Shown here: piece after piece, positions 47,442 through 58,948 of the stretch
Layout of the letters: the number at the start of each line of letters is the position of its first letter
How positions within the stretch are numbered: position 1 is the stretch's first letter
Assembly (NCBI RefSeq): GCF_021028975.2
Contig: NC_059431.1
Span: forward strand, 30,566,001-30,630,000
From: Sphaerodactylus townsendi
Lineage: Eukaryota
Length of the DNA stretch: 64,000 nt
Direction of reading: 5' to 3'
Notes under the pieces: model-generated
What the model was told of the DNA's origin: nothing
The model's input: the letters and a program-made list of their open reading frames with translations, nothing else
Databases searched by the model: none
Program-made: the position numbers and the translations under genes

Positions 47442-48153
47442 ACGCTGTTTTTACATGGTCAAAATGCCCAGGGGTAGATATGGGAGCATACGTGCCATGG
47501 GGCTTTTTCCCCTGTTTCTGAGTCCCCACAGCTCCCTGGTTCTTCCCAGGAGTGGAGGCAGGGCTGATGCGTTATGCCCCAGCTGTTTCCAGATGAGCCC
47601 AAGGCTTTTCCATTTGCACTGTGATGGAGGTATGGAGGATGCCACTCTCCCAAACACACATTTTAGACGGGGGTGGGGGTGGAGGATGCCTACTCTCCCA
47701 AACACACATTTTAGACAGGGGTGGGGGTGGAGGATGCCTACTCTCCCAAACACACATTTTAGACAGGTAAAGGGGGCCATAAACAGGAATGTGCCCACTC
47801 TCCCAAATACACATTTTAGACAGGTAAAGGGGGCCATAAACAGGAATGTGCCCACTCTCCCAAATACACATTTTAGACCAAAGGGTGGGGTGTCAGAGAG
47901 GCGAGACAGAAAAATGGCCCCAGTTCTGCTGCTGTGGTGTTTTTCATGGCAGCAGAAGCACACGGGTCACAAAGGGGCATTTCAAAAGAACCACAAATTT
48001 GGCGGTTTTTGAAAGTCACAGGGAAAAGGGGAAATGGCAGTGCAACGCGGAGGCAGACCCTCTGCAGCTTCGGGGACTGTGAAGAATTCCCAGCTGCACA
48101 GGAGTATTCCCCGTGCTAACAATGGTACAATTTTGCCATGAAAAAAACAGCCT
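47442..48153. mobile_element. TIR element (Harbinger-like) carrying a minisatellite (47634-47878)
   Basis: Imperfect TIRs gctgtttttacatgg / ccatgaaaaaaacagc. Five copies of the core actctcccaaa(c/t)acacattttagac at ~48- and 60-bp periods. Confidence 0.6.
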
Positions 48154-48261
48154 ATTAGAGTAAAGAGTAACCAACTGGGGATAGAAGAGCAAGATGCCAG
48201 ACCAGGAGCATCATGAAGATGAACAGAATTTTCAGGGTATAAGTTTTTGACTGCCAAAGAA

Positions 48262-48560
48262 AGGAGAAGCAGTGGCGTAGGAGGTTAAGAGCTCGTGTAT
48301 CTAATCTGGAGGAACCGGGTTTGATTCCCAGCTCTGCCGCCTGAGCTGTGGAGGCTTATCTGGGGAATTCAGGTTAGCCTGTACACTCCCACACATGCCA
48401 GCTGGGTGATCTTGGGCTAGTCACAGCTTCTCGGAGCTCTCTCAGCCCCACCCACCTCACAGGGTGTTTGTTGTGAGGGGGGAAGGGCAAGGAGATTGTC
48501 AGCCCCTTTGAGTCTCCTGCAGGAGAGAAAGGGGGGATATAAATCCAAACTCTTCTTCTT
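48262..48560 (+). mobile_element. tRNA-derived SINE (Squam3-like)
   Basis: A-box tggcgtaggagg, B-box gtttgattcc, core gctgggtgatcttgggctagtcac, (TTC)n tail. Confidence 0.85.
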
Positions 48561-50214
48561 CAAACTCTTTTTGTCAGATTAAACACACACACTTTACTAG
48601 AAAGGTGTAAATCCCACAGATCAGTTCTGCAAGGGTCAATACACAGTCTCCCTCTGATACAAAAAGCTCTTCAGATTATTCTCCTGCCTAACAGAGAGGC
48701 TCTTTGTCCTGGAGGACCACACCACTAGCTGAATGGATCTGCAGGATCCACGTTCTTTGCAGTCACAGGACAAAAGGAGGGGTCAGGGAAAGAAGTTAAT
48801 GGAGCCATAGCTTCCCTTTCATATCATTTAATAATGTGACCTGACCATCCATGTCCCTGGATAGACTGAAATTATCTAAGCATACATGCAAAAGTCCCTG
48901 CAGGGCAAGGAGATGAAAACCAAACTCTATCACCACAGTTACTGTGCAGATGCAAAGCTCTTTTTTGGACTTCCCACACCACTGGAAAGTCCTGTGAAGC
49001 TAGTGAGGTGGTGCTGGTGCCATCCCAGCCTGCCAGCCCTGTCTGGATTGAGCTGTTATCTTCAATCCCTTTCTTGATGATCCCTAACATGGAATTTGCC
49101 ACTCTCAGAAATCTCCAGCATCTTTAGGCTGATTGGAAAGATGCAGAGATGTCTTCAGGTCTCTTAAAACATGTGAAGTCCAATGCATATAAAACTACAG
49201 CAGCAGAACAGTAAGAATACTGGAGTCTGTGGAACCTAATAATAGCTTCATGCTGTATGAGTTCTATGGGGCCAATCAGGAATTAAACTGGTAAGACAAT
49301 GTAAGTTAATAGATTTCTTTTAAATCAAAACCTTGAAACAGAACAATACAACTTTTTTTTTCAAACACAAAAATGCAGCAAGGAACAGAAACTTGTAGCC
49401 GATATTATCTTGACTTCAGCTGAATAATTGCTGTCTTTTTAAAAAAAACCTTCAGGGTTAACAAAGTCCAACATTCAGGTCTCCCAAGCATCAAAGTCCT
49501 CTTAATTGTGGAACAAACTGGGACCCGGCTTCTGTCTTCTGCTTAGGCTTTACAGCTCTGCAATAATAATATGATTTCAGTAATAATATCAAACGAAAAA
49601 ACACATACACCAACTCTACTCATTATTGTTTTGCATACAATGTGATTCCCATTATTTTATAAAGGCTCATAAAATGCCATCAAGCTCCCCAGCAACCAGA
49701 CTTCTCTTCAACTTTTTGTCTGCCTGTTACCCTAGTAGTTCTATCCACTTGCAGATCTGCTGCGGCTAAACGTTTGGAAACTCATAAACAGAACTAAAAT
49801 GATTTGATTTATGGCTTAGATGAAAGACTCTGAAAGACTCTGCAAAGAGGGCATAATAGAGTGATTATTACAACAAAAATGATGAGGCACTCACAAGTCA
49901 AGGTCTGAATAAATAGGCTGATTTGTGCCCTGCAAAATTATCCCAGAAGGAGGGCCTGGTCTTCACAAAAAATGTTTATACAAAAGAGTGACTATCACTG
50001 CAAGTGCTAACAAAAGAAATAACAAAAGAAGATGGAGTTTTATTTTTCACTAAGGCGAGTAACAGAGCCTGATTGAATACTTTTATGTATGAAAGAAACC
50101 TTGCTTTGGACTGACTGGAGAATATGGGGGAACTTATGTGTTCTCTAGGCATACATTACTGTAAACAGTGACTCTCCAAGGCTTTTCAGTTAATCAGAAC
50201 ACGAAGGCTTAAAG

Positions 50215-50406
50215 CTGTGGGGGGATTCAGCAGGTTCACACCACTTTGGCAGAACCAGTTGTTGTTATCGCTTCTCGGCCTATCGGCTAAGATCAAGTGA
50301 AGGGCAGAACCAGTTGTTAAAATGGTGCTTGTAAACAACCAGTTGTAAAATTCTTTGAATCCCACCACCAGAACCGGTTGTTAAATTATTTTGAATCCCA
50401 CCACTG
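50215..50406. mobile_element. hAT MITE containing a U2 snRNA retrocopy
   Basis: 8-bp TSD gcttaaag at 50207-50214 and 50407-50414. Same family as 58619-58754. Confidence 0.88.
50267..50299 (+). pseudogene. RNU2: 3'-truncated U2 snRNA retropseudogene (nt 1-33)
   Basis: atcgcttctcggcctatcggctaagatcaagtg versus U2 ATCGCTTCTCGGCCTTTTGGCTAAGATCAAGTG (31/33). Flanked by the 16-bp duplication ggcagaaccagttgtt. Confidence 0.9.
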
Positions 50407-50776
50407 GCTTAAAGTATCCTGTCCTTGCAGGTCATGGTTCCAATAGCAATTGGTAGTTCCAAGCACGGAGCTCCCAGACAACAGGAACTTTGTTATGTGA
50501 GAATCAGTCTCTCTCAGTTAAACTTTGCTGCCTTCCCCAAATGTATAAACTACATAAATTAGAGGAGAGACATACACATCCTCCATAACATAACTATGCA
50601 ATAGTTTTGGATGAGCATCATCTACTCATATATATCCAATGAGAGCTACAATGAGAGGAAAATTGTTGGTGCATTTAAACAGCTTCTATTTGTGGTTATA
50701 AACTTCGCCTTCAGGAAGATAAAGGATGCACTGCAATCCTATATTTGAAACTGCGTCCCATTGAAATCCCATAGAT

Positions 50777-51312
50777 CAGTGATGGCGAACCTTTTCGAGA
50801 CCGAGTGCCCAAATTGCAACCCAAAACCCACTTATTTATCGCAAAGTGCCAACCCGGCAATTTAACCTGAATACTGAGGTTTTAGTTTAGGAAAAATGGT
50901 TGGCTCTGAGGCATGCGTTACTCGGGAGTAAGCTTGGTGGTAGTTGTTGGCTTTGCTTTGAAGCAACCATGCAACTCTTCGAACGAGTGAATCATGACCC
51001 TAGGAGGGTTTACTCAGAAGCAAGCCACATTGCCAGCAACCGAGCTTACTCCCAGGTAAAGGATCGCATGTTAGTTCTTTGCATGAAAATCAGTGGGGTT
51101 TAACAGCACTTAACAGGGTTACCTATACTGCTTCCCCAAAACTAGGTCTTAGGTTTAATGCTAATAATCGAGCCCAGCGGCCCAGACCAGCCTAGATGTG
51201 TGTGGGAGGGGGGCAATTCCCCCCCCCACATGATGAACTCCGTTTCTGCGTGCCCACAGAGAGGGCTCTGAGTGCCACCTCTGGCACCCGTGCCATAGGT
51301 TCGCCATCACTG
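50777..51312. mobile_element. Non-autonomous hAT (Charlie-type) element
   Basis: Perfect 16-bp TIR cagtgatggcgaacct / aggttcgccatcactg. Perfect 8-bp TSD ccatagat. Confidence 0.93.
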
Positions 51313-52180
51313 CCATAGATCATTTTAAGCTGCTATTATGTACATGAAATCAATTGATTCAGGAAATACAATGTGTAACCCTAATTAATTGCAGGGGGAT
51401 GATATAACTCTCCAATGGACTGCTAGCAGGTAAGTGCAATGTGGGCACTGAATAATTGTCTACAATCCCAAGCATTAGAACTTATATCCCCAAATCTTGA
51501 TCAACATCCTGGCGGCTCCAAGAAGATTAGACTAGAAATAGTAGGTATACCCACACCCTTCTATCCAGCAACCTGATGCCAATGATAGTTCACATTGCTG
51601 CCTTCATAACATATTCCCTTTTAAGATTGATTTGGAGCAGAAATGTCTGATGTTTTGCTTATTAACTGCTTTGGATTTGCTGACTCTACAGACCAAATTT
51701 TTAAAAAAAATCTCGACAGAATGCCCTTGAAAGGAATGCTTTTGGAAGAACAATATACTGCATACATCAGCACCGTCACAAGATTAATGGCAAAGGGGTG
51801 ATGAGCAAGGCAAGTTTTCCATCATTTGCATTATTCTAATGATGAATAAACTAATATTGTTCAAACCAACATCAAAAGTAATCTTGTGAAATGCTGAATG
51901 AGAAAGAGGAAAAACACTTCATTATTTGATTGCACATGATTGGAAATTAGCGGCAGGGAGACAACTCCAGAACTATTCACATTTTTGCAAGCATCTCCGT
52001 AGAACACTCAGAAACATTTTTCTGTTCAAATATTGGCTGGGATGGTTTTACACTCATTCCTTTCAGAGAAGTTGAGACAGCAGGTATTGGGGAGGGAGGA
52101 ACCGTTGTGTTGTGCAGTGCAGCTAATGAGAAGGACCAAGAATGGGAGAGTAGTTGAAGCTGTAGCCTCCATATTGCTTT

Positions 52181-52330
52181 GACCTGGTTAGCCCAGATTA
52201 ACCCAATCTGATCAGAAGTTAAGCAGAAATAGTCCTGGTTAGTACTTGGATGGGAGACCTCCAAGCAAGTGTCCCATGCTTAAAAAATCCTGTAAATCTG
52301 CCATAAGTCTGCTGTGACTTGACAGCAAAA
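52181..52330 (+). mobile_element. 5S rRNA-derived SINE fragment
   Basis: cctggttagtacttggatgggagacc matches the 5S internal control region. A Sauria/RTE-like 3' end follows. Confidence 0.7.
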
Positions 52331-54120
52331 CAAAAACAAATACCATTTTTGCTGTAATGTCCCCCACTGTTCTTTCCCTGGTTCAGCAATGTGGGATTAC
52401 TCAATTACTTCGATGCCAAGCAAGGATTTTTTTTCATTCCCTACCTGTTTGGCTGGCACCTGGAACTGACTCATCTGTTTTGTTCCATGTCCCCCTTCTA
52501 ACCCTCCTTCTTTTGTATGTGTTTTAACTGTGTGATTGTTGTTTTTAGTTGTTTTAATACTATGTATTTTAAAAATATGTGTTAACATTTTTGATCCACT
52601 TGGGGACACCAAGTGGGCTGGAAAGGATGCAAAGAAATGTTTTAAATAAATAAATGGAGCTCTTTCACCTGCTTCATCTCTGTTGTTGTGGGCCTTGGTT
52701 GTACAGACTGGACTGATCCTAATGGCTAAATGAGGTCTTCATTAAGGTTGGTAGGATTTGTGTTTGTTGTTTAATTAGATAAGCACTCTGAGGCAACCAA
52801 GGACAAGGGAAGGCACACCAGCCAGCCACTGATAGTCGCTCAGTCCCAAGGGCTGGAAGAGGTTGTTCTCTCAGTGCTGCATATCAGCACTTGGAATTTT
52901 TGCACTGAAGGTGTGTGTGGGGACTGCAGTTGATGGCCAAAGCCTCCCTGCACAAGTTTGTTGCAGGTGAGGAAAAACAAAGATGTGGAATGTGATCTGT
53001 CAAGTTACCCAAATGTTGGCAAACCCAACAGGGCAGACTGTTAGGGAGCCTGCACAATTGGGCAAAGCGGAGCGGGGGGGGGGGGAGCGGGAATGAGTTT
53101 AATTATTTTTGCCAATTAATAAACCCTAGCTTTACAGACACATTTTGTCTGGCATCTTCCATTTGGGGCATGCGAACAAACGTTCGAAAGACATTTAGGA
53201 ATACTCAGAAGGGCGTTCACAAAATGTGCACATCCCTACACAAACATGACCTACTTGTTTCTAATAGCCAAACATGAGTCTGTGCATCCCTTCCAGAAGG
53301 GAAGCATATGCCCCAGTCAGCATCTGACATGTCTAAACAAATATGAGAGCCAAATTATTAATCACATCGTAGAACTGCTCTGAATTATTCCTCCTGAATC
53401 TGTAAATGGAGAACTGCACAATTTCTCCCCCAAACAACAACAACAAATCTTGCACATGGAAAGCCATTATGTGTCTGGCATCTATGCATATGTGCATGCA
53501 CAGTTTTTAAATACGAGCCATCTCCTCCCCAAGGTATGCACATGCCTACATTCTAAAACTTGTGATAGAATCCATTGCTCTGCACACAATGAGCTGTTCA
53601 TAGAAGCATCTTGCTTCCCCATCCCACCCCCTCATGCAGAAAGCTGGAAGCCATCAGATGCCTAATCAACATGACTGATGCCTACTGATGTCTAAGATGA
53701 AGCAGTTACTGTTGAACACATAAGGCTCCTTTCAAACTACATGACAGTGTCTCATGTGTGTTTGGGTGCACGTGCCAGATCCTTGGGACAGAATCCAAGG
53801 ACAGAAGATAGATCTATCTGGCAGATCAGGGTAGTTAAGGAGGCTTTTGAAGCCAACAATCTGGGCAATCCAAGAAAACACTTTCACCCTCTTTTAGTAG
53901 AAAGAATCCCAAGTTACTAAGCAAAATCAAGCAGGTCATAATGTTAGCTTCTCAAGTGGCAAATTCCAGTGAGAAGTCTTATTTGTAGCCTTGGCATCAC
54001 ACATTCTTTTTTTTTCTAGTGCCAAGGATAATGTAACTCATCTCACATCCATCACTTAACTGCAGCTTTAACAGTTATAATCTACCAGTTCTTCTTGCCT
54101 ATGATTAAAAGTTTGCCATA

Positions 54121-54549
54121 GGAGCAGCAGTGGCGTAGTGACTAAGAGCAGTGGCTAAGAGCAGGTGCACTCTGATCTGGAGGAACCGGGTTTGATTCCC
54201 AGCTCTGCCACTTGAGTTGTGGAGGCTTGTCTGGGGAATTCAGATTAGCCTGGGCACTCCCACACACACCAGCTGGGTGACCTTGGGCTAGTCACAGCTT
54301 TTCGGAGCTTTCTCAGCCCCACTCACCTCACAGGGTGTTTGTTGTGAGCGGGGAAGGGCAAGGAGATTGTAAGCCCCTTTGAGTCTCCTTCAGGAGAGAA
54401 AGGGGGGATATAAATCCAAACTACTACTACTACTACTACCACTACCACTACCACTACCACTACCACTACCACTACCACTACCTCTTCCTCTTCCTCCTCC
54501 TCTTCCTCCTCCTCTTCCTCCTCCTCCTCCTCCTCCTCCTCCTCCTCTT
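54121..54549 (+). mobile_element. tRNA-derived SINE (Squam3-like) with compound (CTA)/(CCACTA)/(CCT) tail
   Basis: High similarity to 48262-48560. Microsatellite tail at 54421-54549. Confidence 0.85.
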
Positions 54550-54769
54550 CGGTTAATTCCTCTAAAGATCTGCTCTGTTTGATGTTCGTTACCCCTGCAT
54601 CTGCTCATCCATGTTCATCACTTACATGCAGCATAGTGTAAAGCAGCTGTCCCAGGCAGAATGCTGCAGAGAGAGAAGTGTTGAAGCAGAGGCTGAAAGC
54701 TATGATTTTCAATGAAGTGAGTTGACAAAATTCAGCTGCCAGTATACAGGAAGTGTATAGGACATACAC

Positions 54770-56258
54770 AAGGGCTCCCCAACTTTGTGCCTGTGGACAT
54801 CATGGCACCCGCTGACACCTTTTCTAGTACCCATGAAGAAAGATGGTCAGGCCAAGTGGGGCTTTTGCCCAGCATTTGATGGCTGTGCAGAGTTTCAAAA
54901 TATTGCTTTGGCAGCAGCTGCCACCACAACACCAGCATTTTCACTGTGTGACTAATATAAGATGCAGCAGCCATTTTGCTGCTGGCTGTGGCTCCTGGGG
55001 CAGACATTTTGCAGTTGCACTCACTATATAGTGTTAGAACTCCAAAGGTCAGTGGCGTATCTAGGCAAACTGGAGCCCTGGGCAAAACCTGAGTTTGATG
55101 TTCCCCCATGGGTAGCCACCCTCCCCCACCGTGACCAAACAATGATTTTTTCCACCAGGTCATTTCAAAGTCACCATCATATCATAGAACATGCCCCAAC
55201 TTACAAATCTGAACACAGCAATGGGCCATGCCACCCAGCAGAAATAATTTTTGAAAACATTTTCAAAATGCTTTCAAAATGTTTTATTACTGCTATGAAA
55301 ACATTTTATGGTGTTGTATTCCCCCCCAATTGGGGGAAACAGCATGACTTTCAATGTTATTTAAACTGGGGACCCCAGATTCTCCCTTTAAGGTGGATTT
55401 AAAAGGATAATCTGGTCTCCCTAGTTTAAACAAGTGATGCTAGAATCCACCCCCAAACAGCATCATTTTCAATGGTGTTTAAACTAGGGAGCCCAGATTC
55501 TCCTTTTAAATCCACCTTAAAGGGAGAATCTGGGGTTCCCAGTTTAAACAACATTGAAAGTGATGTTATTTTGGGATGGATTCTCCCCCACCTGAAACAG
55601 CATCACTTTCAATGTTTAAACTGGGAACCTCAGATTCTCCCTTTAAATCCATGCCGAAGGGGGTGGATTTAACAACAACAACAACAACAACAACAACAAC
55701 CTTTATTAGGCATTGAGAGAATAAAAGAAAGAAAGAAAACAAGCATTGGCAGGAAGGAGGTGAATTTAAAAGAAGAATCTGGGGAAATTTAGGGGTGCAA
55801 TTATTAAGATAGCAGCACCAAAATTTCAGAGTATATTCTTGAGACCTTCCTGATGATACCACCCAGGTTTGGTGAAGTTTGGTTCAGGGGGTCCAAAGTT
55901 ATTGACCCTCAAAGGTGTAGCCCCATCTCCTATTAGCTTCCATTGGAAATAATGGGGGATGGGGGCACTGGGAGTTCATAACTTTGGACCCCTAAACCAA
56001 ACCTCACCAAACCTGGGTGATATTATCAGGAGAGTCTCCCGAAAAATTCCTGAAATTTTGGTGCTGCTAGCCTAAAAACCGCATCCTCTGCACGCCAAAA
56101 AAGGAAAAAACACTGAAAATACAAAAAAACCCCACAAACAAACCTGCATTTTTGGCGCCCACCACAAGGGGGTGCCCTGGGCAACTTCCCACTTTGCCCA
56201 ATGGGAGGAACGGCTCTGCCAGAGGTACCTGCTGGCTTGAAAATATTGGGGACCACTG
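54770..56258. mobile_element. Old hAT element split by a younger hAT
   Basis: Ends agggctccccaac / ttggggaccactg. Flanks acatacac / acatgcac (7/8 match). Confidence 0.55.
55050..56218. mobile_element. Non-autonomous hAT (Tip100-like) element with internal subrepeats
   Basis: Ends cagtggcgtatct / aggaacggctctg. Flanks ccaaaggt / ccagaggt (7/8 match). Repeated tttaaactggg..cagattctccc units. Confidence 0.7.
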
Positions 56259-58444
56259 ACATGCACACATACACTAGTCCCCTGCAATGCACTGCACACT
56301 GGTCTCCCCCCAAAAATCAATTCAGAAACTCCAATTGGTGCAAAACAGCCTGGGCTATTGGTGGCATGTGGATGAGCTGCAAGCAGAGGAAACCTCCATG
56401 GGAAACCTTTACCAAATGGCAGAGACAGGAGAATCTCTGCAGCAGCACACAAAATGTAGGGTGAAACTGTGAAACTGACAAGAGCTCCATTGGGCAGCAG
56501 GCCAGCCTGTTTTGGCTGGCAATGCTTTTTTTATCCGTGGAGAATAAACACAAAAAGGCAAAATGGAGTTTTTAACAATGTCTGCAGGATGTTTTATTTC
56601 TGCTGTGTAGAAAAGACCAATGTGTAGTTAAGCCATAATCCATTGGGAAATTCTCCTATGCAAGCTCCATCTCTCAGCCATTTCAATGAGGTTCACAAAG
56701 AAAAAAAATATGTGCAAATTTATATGAAAGCTGGATGCTTGCATATTTACTTCATTTCCCCCCCAAGACCTGGTAAGTTCTGCAAGGTTTTCCCTTCCAC
56801 TAATTTTTTTTACAGTTCTCTACTTCAGTACTTTAGTTTTGTTGCCTGCGTTCTAGTCGGAAATGATGCTACTAAACCATTTTTGTTCTGAGAACTTCCC
56901 TCTAAAGCTCTTTAGCCTGGCATCCATCTCTTCTGTCTCTTTATTGTTACAGTATTAAAATATATATATTCCTTTTCATTTTGGGCAATATCACAAAGTT
57001 ATAATCTTATCTAAACTTCTGCAAGCAAGAGAGACATTCTGCACCAGGCCAAACATTCTTGCAAGGAACCCCTTTCTATAAAGGAAACTTTGTGTGAACC
57101 CTATCTTTGGTGCAAAATGTGAAAAATTCAAACACACATTATGTAAACAAATTCATTAAATTCCACACATGGCCATGCATTCAATTTGTTTCAATGGAAT
57201 ACGTTTCCATGTAAAAATCAAAGTTCTGGTTTAATTTCTTTAGTCAGGAAGCACGTGCTGTTGGCAAATTGCTATGGGCTTTTCCACAGTACCAATCAAT
57301 GCTCCAACTGTATGTTCACCTTTACCTGATACATACATTAGTCTTTTTCAAAGGTAATAACACAACCGAACAGAGGGTAGAATGCTTTCTTTGGAAGGCA
57401 AGAAAGGGAAAGCTTCCCCATCTTTTCTTTTAGAAACTGGCTAGATAAGCAGTCAAGCAGAGGAGAAGAGATAAGTATAGATCCATCACATGATTTGTTT
57501 AACAACTCAATGAAACTTTCACAGAATGGATTGCTGGAGAGAGGGCAAAAGTAAGCTACAGCCTTCTACCTTCCAATACCATAAATAAATAAACATATAT
57601 ACATATATGACTAGATGATGGAGTTGTACAGCTTCGGAATGAAACACATCAAAAGTATTACTTTGAAAAACAATTGTAGACAGACTGGCAATACCCCACT
57701 TGCTGACGATACTCTTGCAAGAACAGTCTCACATCATACCCAATCACAATCCAAAAATATGTCAGTTCAACACTGGACTTCATCCATATCTCCTGCAAAA
57801 TCTTGTACTTCACCAAACAATTGCTCATTTGTGCACAGTAAATCTGGCATTGCCTCAACCCTTTTCCTGGTCTCTTTTCATTCCTTCTCTTTCACTGGGA
57901 GATCACATGTCCTCCTACTTTTTTTCTGATCCCAAACTTTGGTTGGATTTGATTTAAGCCATTGCTTTCATGCAGTCAGTTTCTTGGATCCCTTGTTAAT
58001 TTCATCTAGCAACAGAAACTTAAAAACACAGCAGTCCCAGAACTTGGGATATTGTACCAGGTGAGATCATCAGTCCACGTAGCCTGGTAAGGTGCAGTTT
58101 GCTCTGACTGATAGCAGCTCCTTCAGGTCTCAGGCAAGCTGAATGACCTGAAATCTTTATAAGAGGAGATGAGCAGCAGCTGCTGGGACCTGTTGCGTGC
58201 CAAGCACTTGCTTTCTCTCTGAGCTATGTGGCAATCATTCCCCCCCCCTCCATCTTTTCTTGCTCTTTGGTATACTTCATCAGCTGTGGGAGGGGGAGTG
58301 CAATTAGTGAGTGTTTACTAATAATAATAAGATTTCATTTCAGAGGATGAAGTTTATGCATATAGGAAATGTGTTCTATAAGACAAAAGAGAATTTCCTT
58401 CCTTGCCGGCTGAGCCATTTATCCATATTAAAGCCCCCCACAAC

Positions 58445-58600
58445 CAGAGGCATAGCTCCAAGGGGGCAGGGGAAGTGTGTGATGCACCGGGTATGCACCC
58501 CTGTGGGGTGTGGCAAGGGTGTTCTGGGGCATTCTGGGGCAGGACGGGGGCGGAGGACACACCAGTGCACCAGGCGCTTTCCCCCCTTGCTACTCCTCTG
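58445..58600. mobile_element. hAT MITE
   Basis: TIRs cagaggcatagc / gctactcctctg. 8-bp TSD cccacaac. Confidence 0.85.
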
Positions 58601-58618
58601 CCCACAACTACTTGTGGT

Positions 58619-58754
58619 CAGAGGTGGGATTCAAATAATTTAACAACTGGTTCCGGTGGTAAGATTCAAATAATTTAACAACTGGTTGTTTACAAGCACC
58701 ATTTTAACAACTGGTTCTGTCGAAGTGGTGCGAAGCTGCTGAATCCCACCACTG
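58619..58754. mobile_element. hAT MITE (empty-site counterpart of 50215-50406, opposite orientation)
   Basis: TIRs cagaggtgggattc / gaatcccaccactg. 8-bp TSD cttgtggt. Confidence 0.9.
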
Positions 58755-58764
58755 CTTGTGGTAG

Positions 58765-58948
58765 AATGTACCATCAGGTCAAAGCCATCTTATAGCATCT
58801 CTGGGGCTTTTCAAAGCATGAGTCATTCAGAGGTGATTTGCCAATGCCTGCATAGTGACCCTGGGCTTCCTTGGTGGTCTCCCATCCAAATACTAACCAA
58901 GGTCACGTCTACTTGGTTTCCGAAATCTGACTAGTCTGGGCCATCCAC
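58765..58948 (-). mobile_element. 5S rRNA-derived SINE
   Basis: ggtggtctcccatccaaatactaacca is the reverse complement of the 5S box C region. Confidence 0.65.

Noticed and set aside
47634-47878. CRISPR-like repeat-spacer array
   Set aside because: The linkers are duplicated rather than unique, the context is vertebrate, and there are no cas genes. It is a minisatellite inside a TIR element.
52181-52262. Functional 5S rRNA gene
   Set aside because: Partial, diverged and fused to a SINE body.
54379-54608. Poly-Pro and Gly-Ser ORFs
   Set aside because: Translations of a SINE microsatellite tail.
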